Of a stretch of DNA of 64,000 nt, positions 8,071 through 14,561 are shown in pieces (within the stretch, counting starts at the first letter, position 1; the number at the start of each line of letters is the position of its first letter). The notes below the pieces were generated by a model that made no database searches, was not told the DNA's origin, and was given only the letters and a program-made list of their open reading frames with translations. A program made the translations under genes and the position numbers. The stretch is taken from the IMG/VR virus record IMGVR_UViG_3300042465_006264; one strand, given 5' to 3'. The stretch is from an uncultured virus (IMG/VR IMGVR_UViG_3300042465_006264). Taxonomy: Duplodnaviria > Heunggongvirae > Uroviricota > Caudoviricetes.

Positions 8071-8306
8071 TCGGAGATTCCTTCGTTCAGGGTTGCGGTA
8101 ATGTTTTCGATGAGATTGAACTCCTCATCCGAAACATCCAACGGATGAGCAATCGTGGTGAGAATGCCTCTTGCGAGGGTCATGCGGTTGCGGATCACTT
8201 CGTCATCCGCCCAGTCCGGGTACTGCTCAACGCAGAACCGAATCTGATTCAGCAGGTCGCTGATCTTGCAGGTCGTTGGGGTTGCTGTTCGGTGTCCTCG
8301 GGGCAT
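8067..8306 (-). CDS. Hypothetical protein
   Basis: 79-aa ORF behind a leaderless promoter. Confidence 0.75.
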   Translation of the reverse strand: MPRGHRTATPTTCKISDLLNQIRFCVEQYPDWADDEVIRNRMTLARGILTTIAHPLDVSDEEFNLIENITATLNEGISE

Positions 8307-8312
8307 GGCTGT

Positions 8313-8342
8313 ATCCTATCACACGGGGGTCGGAGAAGTCAA
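8313..8342 (-). promoter_or_regulatory. Sigma70-type promoter, 18-bp spacer, leaderless
   Basis: TTGACT-N18-TAGGAT-N6-ATG(8306). Confidence 0.8.
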
Positions 8343-8624
8343 GCCCACCATGTCGAAATTGCGGGCAAGTCTGCGGTCAAAGTCCATCAGCACATCTTCC
8401 GGGCAGTCCGCGAACACCCACACCACGAACATGGTATCAGGGAGTTGTTCGCTGTTGTGAGTCTCTATGCAGAGAACCCACTCGGAAGCTTGGGAGAGAA
8501 CGCTACAAAGTTTAATAATCTTGTAGCACTCCTTGGACTTGCGGGTTGTCCATCCCCGGTTCATCTGCGGATGACGCAGCCAACCGGCGATCCGATGCAT
8601 GGGCTTTCCGATGGGACTAGTCAT
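8319..8624 (-). CDS. Hypothetical protein
   Basis: Probable start MTSPIGKP at 8624 with GAGGA RBS, overlapping the end of the upstream acidic gene. Confidence 0.6.
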   Translation of the reverse strand: MTSPIGKPMHRIAGWLRHPQMNRGWTTRKSKECYKIIKLCSVLSQASEWVLCIETHNSEQLPDTMFVVWVFADCPEDVLMDFDRRLARNFDMVGLTSPTPV

Positions 8625-8841
8625 TGTCCTCGTCCTCCGCGTCTGCCCAACTCGGAAGGTCATCCTCGTCGGGAATGTCATCGTCTGCCAGCCACTCCTC
8701 ATCCTGACTCATGGCGATCATGGCACGGGCTTCGTCCTCGGAGAAACCTTCGTCCATCAGTTCAGCCACAGCGTCATCGGTGTCGATGAGGTCGCTGTCG
8801 TCGTAGGTGTCGTTCTCGTCGTTGTCGTAGGGCTTGCTCAT
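8617..8841 (-). CDS. Very acidic small protein
   Basis: 74 aa dominated by Asp/Glu; leaderless promoter upstream. Confidence 0.8.
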   Translation of the reverse strand: MSKPYDNDENDTYDDSDLIDTDDAVAELMDEGFSEDEARAMIAMSQDEEWLADDDIPDEDDLPSWADAEDEDND

Positions 8842-8847
8842 GCGTGT

Positions 8848-8877
8848 ATCTTATCAGGTGGGGTGCGAGAAAGTCAA
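8848..8877 (-). promoter_or_regulatory. Sigma70-type promoter, 18-bp spacer, leaderless
   Basis: TTGACT-N18-TAAGAT-N6-ATG(8841). Confidence 0.8.
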
Positions 8878-8886
8878 GTAGGTGGA

Positions 8887-8914
8887 AAAGTTTTTTTAAT
8901 GTCCGATAACCGGC
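8887..8914 (-). repeat. Conserved upstream box, copy C
   Basis: GCCGGTTATCGGACATTAAAAAAACTTT. Confidence 0.85.
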
Positions 8915-8924
8915 GGGTCCGGGG

Positions 8925-8980
8925 CTACTATCCGCCAACCGTCCCAGAATCAGGGAGGGTCTGACCCTCCCTGATAGTAG
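8925..8980. repeat. Bulged hairpin element, copy 4
   Basis: CTACTATC-cgccaaccgtcccaga-ATC-AGGGAGGGTC-t-GACCCTCCCT-GATAGTAG. Confidence 0.85.
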
Positions 8981-8988
8981 ACGCCCCC

Positions 8989-9252
8989 TCACCCGTAGAC
9001 CTTCTCCCGTTCTACGTCCATCTTCTCTCGGATCATCCGCTCCCCTATAATCACGCCGGTTAGAATCGCGTTCAGACAATCCTTCATCTGGCGCTTGGTG
9101 ACGAATCCGGGGGTGATACCGTGGCTTCCGCCATCGACATCCTCCATCAGCTGCCAGCCTCCGTAGGCACCCTGAAGGTAGAACTTCCTACCCGTCATCT
9201 TGTTCAGGTTGTCCACGCGAAACTGTAAATCTTTCTTGGTGGTTCGGATCAT
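8989..9252 (-). CDS. Hypothetical phage protein (GAYGG motif)
   Basis: Start MIRTTKKDLQ at the leaderless position; contains LQGAYGGWQL. Confidence 0.75.
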   Translation of the reverse strand: MIRTTKKDLQFRVDNLNKMTGRKFYLQGAYGGWQLMEDVDGGSHGITPGFVTKRQMKDCLNAILTGVIIGERMIREKMDVEREKVYG

Positions 9253-9258
9253 GGCTTG

Positions 9259-9288
9259 ATTGTACCCGATGGGTGCGAAGTTTGTCAA
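9259..9288 (-). promoter_or_regulatory. Sigma70-type promoter, 18-bp spacer, leaderless
   Basis: TTGACA-N18-TACAAT-N6-ATG(9252). Confidence 0.85.
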
Positions 9289-9292
9289 GTCC

Positions 9293-9655
9293 TTAGTGGG
9301 CGATTTCCGGGCATTCCGCCGGGATGCTGATTTCGAACACATTGTCCGTGTTGAAGGACCGGATGCCTCCACGCGCATAGTCGTAGTAGAGGATGCTGGA
9401 GGTGTAGTGGTCGGAGAGACGCAGCGCCTGCAACTCCTCGTCCCCTGCGTAGTGGCGCACAATGGCCGGGTTCCGGGTCGCGGTGCGGGTCGTGGTCTGA
9501 CCGTTGGCGTTCCGGTAGGTGATCTCGATCCAGCCGTTGTTCAGCAGGCTGTAGAGGGTTTCGGCCCGAATCTTACGGGACACGGGGCCAAGCGACATGG
9601 CGCTGTTCGGAGCGATGAGGTGGTCCAACGGGATGCTGTTGCGGGTGATGCTCAT
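9293..9655 (-). CDS. WYL-like (SH3/Sm beta-barrel) protein
   Basis: IEITYRNANGQTTTRTAT...YYDYARGGIRSF matches the WYL/DUF2693 pattern. Confidence 0.7.
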   Translation of the reverse strand: MSITRNSIPLDHLIAPNSAMSLGPVSRKIRAETLYSLLNNGWIEITYRNANGQTTTRTATRNPAIVRHYAGDEELQALRLSDHYTSSILYYDYARGGIRSFNTDNVFEISIPAECPEIAH

Positions 9656-9661
9656 GGGTTC

Positions 9662-9691
9662 ATTGTAGCAGGTGAGGGTCGGGAAAGTCAA
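9662..9691 (-). promoter_or_regulatory. Sigma70-type promoter, 18-bp spacer, leaderless
   Basis: TTGACT-N18-TACAAT-N6-ATG(9655). Confidence 0.85.
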
Positions 9692-9801
9692 GGGGTCGAA
9701 AGAAATTTATTATAATTTGCAGCCCGAGGCCCCAACGAATCTAGCCGCCCCCGAAGGGCGGCAGGGCCGAAGCCTTTTCGATCCGTGGCGACCCCTCGCC
9801 G

Positions 9802-10143
9802 TTAGCTCAGATTCTGATGGTGCATTCCGGTGGCCTCGGCGCGCTTCGCGTTCAGGTTGAACCCCGGGCCACCACCGGGGCCGTAGATAATCTCGGCCAT
9901 CCGGTCTTCCTTCGCGCTGTCCACGGCGCGGAAGGCGTTCACGGTCTGCCGCAGCGCTGCGGCCACCTCGGGGCTAACCATGTTCGGAAAGCGCTCCGAA
10001 ACTTCCGTGATGGCCTCGACCTTCAGCAGCAGGCCAACCATGTACCCGTAGCACAGCGGGTAGAGGGTGTTCGCGCTCTGCGCGTTGGCGATGGCGGAAG
10101 CGGTGGCGGGAGGGAGCTGCACGGTGGGGGTCGGGGTGGTCAT
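9802..10143 (-). CDS. Hypothetical protein
   Basis: 113-aa ORF behind a leaderless promoter. Confidence 0.75.
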   Translation of the reverse strand: MTTPTPTVQLPPATASAIANAQSANTLYPLCYGYMVGLLLKVEAITEVSERFPNMVSPEVAAALRQTVNAFRAVDSAKEDRMAEIIYGPGGGPGFNLNAKRAEATGMHHQNLS

Positions 10144-10149
10144 GAGTTT

Positions 10150-10179
10150 ATTATATCAGGTCCGGGGTGCGAAAGTCAA
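10150..10179 (-). promoter_or_regulatory. Sigma70-type promoter, 18-bp spacer, leaderless
   Basis: TTGACT-N18-TATAAT-N6-ATG(10143). Confidence 0.85.
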
Positions 10180-10196
10180 GGCCCTAGGTGGAAAGT

Positions 10197-10763
10197 TTAC
10201 TGCGCCTTTCCGCGCACAATGATCCAGAGCAGGGCCTGCAGGGTGGCGGGGCTGATGGTGAGCGGGAGGCTGTCCGCGACCACGGTAACCGCGTCAGCGA
10301 TGGCCCGGTACTCGGTCTTGTTGGGCGCGTCCTTGCCGAGCCCCGCTGCACGGCACATCCACACATCCACCACCACCGCGTTAGCGTCTCCCGCGATGGC
10401 ACGGGCAAACGCATTCGTCTTCAGGCCCCGGAGGCCATCGAAGCCGTCCCGGCAGCAGCGGTCCGCCGCGACCACATGGGAGCGGAGGCCCTTCGGCGTG
10501 ATGCCCTGCGCGTACTGTAGGGCCTTAGCCTTATTATGGCCCCACGTCACACGGGGCGAGAAGGCCGACACGACAGACGCGGACACTTCAAGGGTCCACT
10601 CGGGGCGGATGATCCGCAGCGACTGCGCGAAGGAACGCGCTTCGGCGTACCACGACTCGGCAGCGCGCAGGTCATCACCCGTAGCGCGCTGCAGCAGGTC
10701 GAAGAAAGCGTTGATAGCGCGGGTGCGGGTGGCGTTGTAGCGGTTGGTGGCGGTGGGGGTCAT
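10197..10763 (-). CDS. Phage protein with HhH-GPD DNA-glycosylase-like motifs
   Basis: WY...SAFSPRVTW..N, GLKTNAF, VVVDVWMCR and PATLQALLW motifs; start MTPTATN at the leaderless position. Confidence 0.6.
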   Translation of the reverse strand: MTPTATNRYNATRTRAINAFFDLLQRATGDDLRAAESWYAEARSFAQSLRIIRPEWTLEVSASVVSAFSPRVTWGHNKAKALQYAQGITPKGLRSHVVAADRCCRDGFDGLRGLKTNAFARAIAGDANAVVVDVWMCRAAGLGKDAPNKTEYRAIADAVTVVADSLPLTISPATLQALLWIIVRGKAQ

Positions 10764-10769
10764 GCCCCA

Positions 10770-10799
10770 ATGATACCACAGCCACCGGCAGGAAAGCAA
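10770..10799 (-). promoter_or_regulatory. Sigma70-type promoter, 18-bp spacer, leaderless
   Basis: TTGCTT-N18-TATCAT-N6-ATG(10763). Confidence 0.7.
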
Positions 10800-10835
10800 C
10801 CCCCACGACGAAAGTTTATAAAGTTTGCTAGGCGC

Positions 10836-10865
10836 TTGCATTCCAGGGTAGTCGTGTGCTACAAT
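10836..10865 (+). promoter_or_regulatory. Divergent sigma70-type promoter, 18-bp spacer, leaderless
   Basis: TTGCAT-N18-TACAAT-N6-ATG(10872). Confidence 0.75.
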
Positions 10866-10871
10866 GGACGC

Positions 10872-11096
10872 ATGAGCAACCCCAACCATCACGAAGGCGA
10901 GTGCTGCGCGTGTGGCCGTGTGGCCCCGATTGACGCTACCGAAATGTGCGTCAGTTGCACCGAGGAAATGAACGCCGTTATCGATGAACGCGATGCGAAT
11001 AACGATTCCTTCGCGGATGCCTGCGGGCAGATGACCCGCGAGGATTGGGATGCCGATAACGATTGGCTCGCTTCGGCGGGATGGGGGGAAATGTGA
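10872..11096 (+). CDS. Small acidic protein with putative Zn ribbon
   Basis: MSNPNHHEGECCACG...MCVSC...DWLASAGWGEM; two CxxC pairs. Confidence 0.7.
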   Translation: MSNPNHHEGECCACGRVAPIDATEMCVSCTEEMNAVIDERDANNDSFADACGQMTREDWDADNDWLASAGWGEM

Positions 11097-11129
11097 AGAG
11101 CTAATAACAAACTACAACCGGCAGGTTGG

Positions 11130-11152
11130 GCCCCCGAACAGGGGGCTTTATT
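11130..11152 (+). terminator. Probable intrinsic terminator
   Basis: GCCCCC-gaaca-GGGGGC followed by TTTATT. Confidence 0.55.
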
Positions 11153-11387
11153 AATTTCAAATATTAATTTAGCTAAGGTTTCAGCGGTCCAAACAGTGAT
11201 TTGGGTCCCATAGACCGGGGAGTTATCGGAGCGGCTAGCCCACCGACCCCTCTAATAATTTTTAATTTTCTTCAAAAATACCCCACCCCCCCATGACCCC
11301 CTTTTTCAAATTACATGGGATGGTCAAAAAAATTTCCGGCCCCAAAAGAGCCGGAAAAGGTTCACTATAAAATTTTTATATTATTCT

Positions 11388-12146
11388 TTAAAAATTTCTT
11401 TTAATTTTTGATTTTAAAGATGTATCTATTGCAGTATTCAAATCCATTAGAGTTCTTCTTTTGGTTGGATCTATTGTTTTATTTCCTGATTTGAATCCAG
11501 CACGGATTTGTTGATCCAATTCATCTCTCATTGCTTTTAGTTCATCATAACTTTTTCCATAGAGAGATTTGGTATCACCTGTTCGGTTTAATGTATCCAC
11601 ATATGATTGTGCCCCTGCTCTTCCACCGAGGGGTCCTTTTCTGTCATCCAAAGTTTTTGATATTAAATTTTGTGTTGCTACACTATTTCTGTTCAATGCA
11701 GGGTTTACAGGAGAAATTGATCTTCCACCGAGAATTCCTTTTGATCTGTCATACTGAGCTTGTTGCATTCCCTTGAGTGTGGAGGTAGAAAGACCTGAAG
11801 CAATTCTTCCTTGCTTTTCGGGACCCAATGCAGTGAAGGCATCAAGATCACTTGTTGGGGTTGGAATGCCAGATCCAGACCTTGCTCGGCTCTGACTTGA
11901 AAATTCTATGTTGGCTGACAAGTTTGGCATGTTGGGAATGTTATAGGGTGCTTCTTCTTTTCTTCTTTTTTCAGCAAATGCCGCATCTGTCTGTGCTTTT
12001 AATTTTTTATTTTCTTCTCGTTCTTTTTTTCTGCGATCAAGTTCAGCAAGTTGTGCTTGAAGTTTTGGATCAAGAGCCTCCAAAAAATTTATTTTCTTTT
12101 CAAGTTGCTCACAAAGATCCTTGTAGTATTGGGTCAAATAATTCAT
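11388..12146 (-). CDS. Hypothetical late protein (putative internal virion protein)
   Basis: Start MNYLTQYYKDLCEQLE, 5 nt after a TATAAATA box at 12152-12159. Confidence 0.75.
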   Translation of the reverse strand: MNYLTQYYKDLCEQLEKKINFLEALDPKLQAQLAELDRRKKEREENKKLKAQTDAAFAEKRRKEEAPYNIPNMPNLSANIEFSSQSRARSGSGIPTPTSDLDAFTALGPEKQGRIASGLSTSTLKGMQQAQYDRSKGILGGRSISPVNPALNRNSVATQNLISKTLDDRKGPLGGRAGAQSYVDTLNRTGDTKSLYGKSYDELKAMRDELDQQIRAGFKSGNKTIDPTKRRTLMDLNTAIDTSLKSKIKRNF

Positions 12147-12185
12147 AAAAATATTTATAAACAAAAAATTTCAAAAAAATCTCAA

Positions 12186-12193
12186 TATAAATA
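12186..12193 (+). promoter_or_regulatory. T4-type late promoter
   Basis: TATAAATA 5 nt before ATG 12199; a divergent copy lies at 12152-12159. Confidence 0.75.
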
Positions 12194-12198
12194 ACTAC

Positions 12199-13320
12199 AT
12201 GGACTACATTACCAAATTCTACAAACAAAAATCCGAAGAACTTTCTGAAAAAGCATTCATTTTAGAACAGAAGTTAAATTATTTGATTGAGAGAGCAAAA
12301 CGGATGGATCCTTTGGAATTTTCTGCATATGCTGCCGAAGCAGGTGGTGAGTATAAAAAAGATTCAGGTAGCGGTTATTTACAAAGTGTTTATGAACCTG
12401 ATTATACTATGAATACAAGAAATGCTAATTTTAGACCATCAATGGATCCTACAGAGTTTTCTGCCAGAGCCGCAGAAGCAGGTGGAAACTATAAAAAAGG
12501 CCAAGGTGGTTATGTTCAAAGCGTCTTTGAACCAAACTATTCAGAAGCACCAGCAAGAGCCCAACCAAGAACGAGTGCTGACCAAGACATGATTTCCAGA
12601 ACAATGAGCATGCCCGGAAGCGTTGCTCGTCAAACATTTAGTCCCGGAACTTTGGGTGGAAATGCTCCTTCTTTGAGTGCAGTCAGACCAAGTGCAAATA
12701 CACCAGAAGCCCGTAAAGATTTGGAACAAAGAGCCATGGGAATGGGAAAATATGCCCCATCAGCACAAGCATCTGCTCCAGCGGCTTCACCGATGGCCCC
12801 TTCTCCAGTTAGAATTCAAACAGGTGCTCCAGCAACATCACAAGTTCCACCACCAGCATGGATTCCAACTTCACTGTTTGCAACACCACCAAGTGGTCAA
12901 TATACACCAACAAAGACCTCACTTGCAACTTCTAACCCAGCAATCGGTGCTCCAGTAACTGCTTCAGATATAAGCATTGATCCAAACAGAAATCAAGTTC
13001 AAAACCAAGTCCTACCTGTTGCCAAAGATACACTCAGACCACCTGTTGCTGATGTTGTAAATCCAAGATCCAGTGTTGTAAATCCTTCATTCAGAAAGCC
13101 ACCAGCCCAAGCACCAGTTCCAGCAGGTGAAGACTTCTCTGAATTCTGGAAGAAAAAGGGCCACGGTCAAGCCAGATTGCACACTGATAAAGAATTAGAA
13201 GAAATGATGTTCCGTAACAAGAGAAGCAATATGTTTGGTCCCGCTATTCCTGATGAGAAACAATCAGTCGAATATCGTGCTGCCAAAGCCGAATTGATGA
13301 AGCGCGGAAAACTTAAGTAA
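12199..13320 (+). CDS. Low-complexity Pro/Ala/Ser-rich late protein with an internal repeat
   Basis: 373 aa; shared MDY..xY leader; tandem repeat MDPxEFSAxAAEAGGxYKK...QSVxEPxY. Confidence 0.8.
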   Translation: MDYITKFYKQKSEELSEKAFILEQKLNYLIERAKRMDPLEFSAYAAEAGGEYKKDSGSGYLQSVYEPDYTMNTRNANFRPSMDPTEFSARAAEAGGNYKKGQGGYVQSVFEPNYSEAPARAQPRTSADQDMISRTMSMPGSVARQTFSPGTLGGNAPSLSAVRPSANTPEARKDLEQRAMGMGKYAPSAQASAPAASPMAPSPVRIQTGAPATSQVPPPAWIPTSLFATPPSGQYTPTKTSLATSNPAIGAPVTASDISIDPNRNQVQNQVLPVAKDTLRPPVADVVNPRSSVVNPSFRKPPAQAPVPAGEDFSEFWKKKGHGQARLHTDKELEEMMFRNKRSNMFGPAIPDEKQSVEYRAAKAELMKRGKLK

Positions 13321-13322
13321 AA

Positions 13323-13616
13323 TTAAGTTGTAGATGGCGTCTCAGGTTGAGGCAATGGTGCATCAATCTTTGGCTTTGGTGTGAGATCCAATTCTATTGC
13401 ACCTTCTGAAGATTTTTTATCACCTTGAATGAATCTTTTAGTGGCTGAGTATGATGGCTCTTTCACATTCTTTTTGAATTCTTTTACTACCTTATTCCAA
13501 TTCTTTTCATTTTTTTGTTCTGATTCTTGTGCAGTTGGAACAACATCTACTTCTTTAATTTGCGAAGTAGAAACTTTATTTTCTTGTTCTTTTAAAAATT
13601 CAATAAATTTCTTCAT
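13323..13616 (-). CDS. Hypothetical protein, possible internal head protein
   Basis: N-terminus MKKFIEFLKE resembles the T4 capsid-targeting leader; GATAAATA box upstream. Confidence 0.7.
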   Translation of the reverse strand: MKKFIEFLKEQENKVSTSQIKEVDVVPTAQESEQKNEKNWNKVVKEFKKNVKEPSYSATKRFIQGDKKSSEGAIELDLTPKPKIDAPLPQPETPSTT

Positions 13617-13653
13617 GGTATTACTATTTATCTAAATATTAAAAAGGAAACTT

Positions 13654-13824
13654 ATGCTCGCAAAAATTAAAAATTTGTTATCTAAAGTCACAATTATTGA
13701 ATGGGTTCTCTTTGGTGTTGCAGTAGCAGCCCTCGTAGTCGCCTTTAGCGCTCATGGAAAGCGTCCCGGACACAAGGGACCCCGTGGTGAGCATGAGGCT
13801 CCCAAGGCCGTAGAAGTCAAATAA
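13654..13824 (+). CDS. Small membrane protein (56 aa)
   Basis: Manual translation MLAKIKNLLSKVTIIEWVLFGVAVAALVVAFSAHGK...; RBS AAAGGA. Confidence 0.65.
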   Translation: MLAKIKNLLSKVTIIEWVLFGVAVAALVVAFSAHGKRPGHKGPRGEHEAPKAVEVK

Positions 13825-13843
13825 AAGGCTCCGTACAAAAACG

Positions 13844-13880
13844 AAAAAACCCAGACTTTTGAGGTCTGGGTTTTTTCTTT
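13844..13880. terminator. Bidirectional intrinsic terminator
   Basis: AAAAAACCCAGAC-loop-GTCTGGGTTTTTT between convergent genes. Confidence 0.8.
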
Positions 13881-13889
13881 GATCTTGTA

Positions 13890-14105
13890 TTAAATTTTTA
13901 TGTTAATTTTCTTGGCTTCACTCATTGCTTGCTTAATGGCTCGGTCTCTGGAACCTTTCCACTCATCGGTAGATGATTCAACTTTACCATCTCCATCATA
14001 ATCTTTCTTAGCCTTCTTCTTCTTTTTGGCTTTTGCCTCTAAAAGATTAATTCTTTCTTGAAGTTGTTCGCAAAGATTCTTGTAATAGTTTGTTAGGTAA
14101 TCCAT
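13890..14105 (-). CDS. Small basic late protein (putative internal virion protein)
   Basis: MDYLTNYYKNLCEQLQERINLLE leader followed by KKDYDGDGKVES...GSRDRAIK. Confidence 0.75.
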   Translation of the reverse strand: MDYLTNYYKNLCEQLQERINLLEAKAKKKKKAKKDYDGDGKVESSTDEWKGSRDRAIKQAMSEAKKINIKI

Positions 14106-14110
14106 GAAAT

Positions 14111-14122
14111 TATTTATAAATA
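14111..14122. promoter_or_regulatory. Overlapping bidirectional T4-type late promoter
   Basis: Palindrome TATTTATAAATA gives TATAAATA on both strands; ATGs at 14105(-) and 14128(+). Confidence 0.75.
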
Positions 14123-14127
14123 TTTGC

Positions 14128-14319
14128 ATGCAGAAAAAATCTTTAGAAGACACAATTAAACTTTTGCAACAAAAATACAAGAATGTTCCATCTCCGCTTT
14201 CAGACTCAGCATTAAAATTTAGAGAAAATATTGCTGTAACTCCACCACAAGTAACACCAAGACAAGATCCAAGAAATCAACTTATAAGTGGGTTTAGACC
14301 AACACCGAGATCTTTCTAA
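14128..14319 (+). CDS. Hypothetical protein
   Basis: ORF starting MQKKSLED after the late box. Confidence 0.65.
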   Translation: MQKKSLEDTIKLLQQKYKNVPSPLSDSALKFRENIAVTPPQVTPRQDPRNQLISGFRPTPRSF

Positions 14320-14561
14320 TGCAAATTAAAGAAACTTTAAAAAATGTTGTTATTCTATTGGATAAAGAAGAAGATTTTTTAAAAGATTCTATAGAAAATT
14401 TATTCATCAAAATTAAAGAATATAAAAAACTTCCATTTCATGAAATAATTTTACAAATGCCTTCAAGGTATTATGTAAAATTTTGGGAAATGCTCAGATC
14501 AAAAAAAGAAAATTACAAAGAAGCGGAAATCAAAAATGATATTTTCCGTATATCCTTTTAA
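14319..14561 (+). CDS. Hypothetical protein
   Basis: 80-aa ORF coupled to its neighbours by TAATG overlaps. Confidence 0.65.
   Translation: MQIKETLKNVVILLDKEEDFLKDSIENLFIKIKEYKKLPFHEIILQMPSRYYVKFWEMLRSKKENYKEAEIKNDIFRISF

Noticed and set aside
1581..8980. REP/REPIN, MITE or true integron attC identity for the hairpins
   Set aside because: GTAG lies at the 3' end rather than 5' of the stem. There are no target-site duplications, no RYYYAAC/GTTRRRY core sites, and no transposase or integrase in the window. The comparison is an analogy only.
1100..11350. Island as host chromosome or prophage junction
   Set aside because: Its content is phage-like (CobS/VWA pair, CCA-less tRNAs, small promoter-led ORFs) with no housekeeping genes or att/integrase. 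Misassembly cannot be fully excluded without reads.
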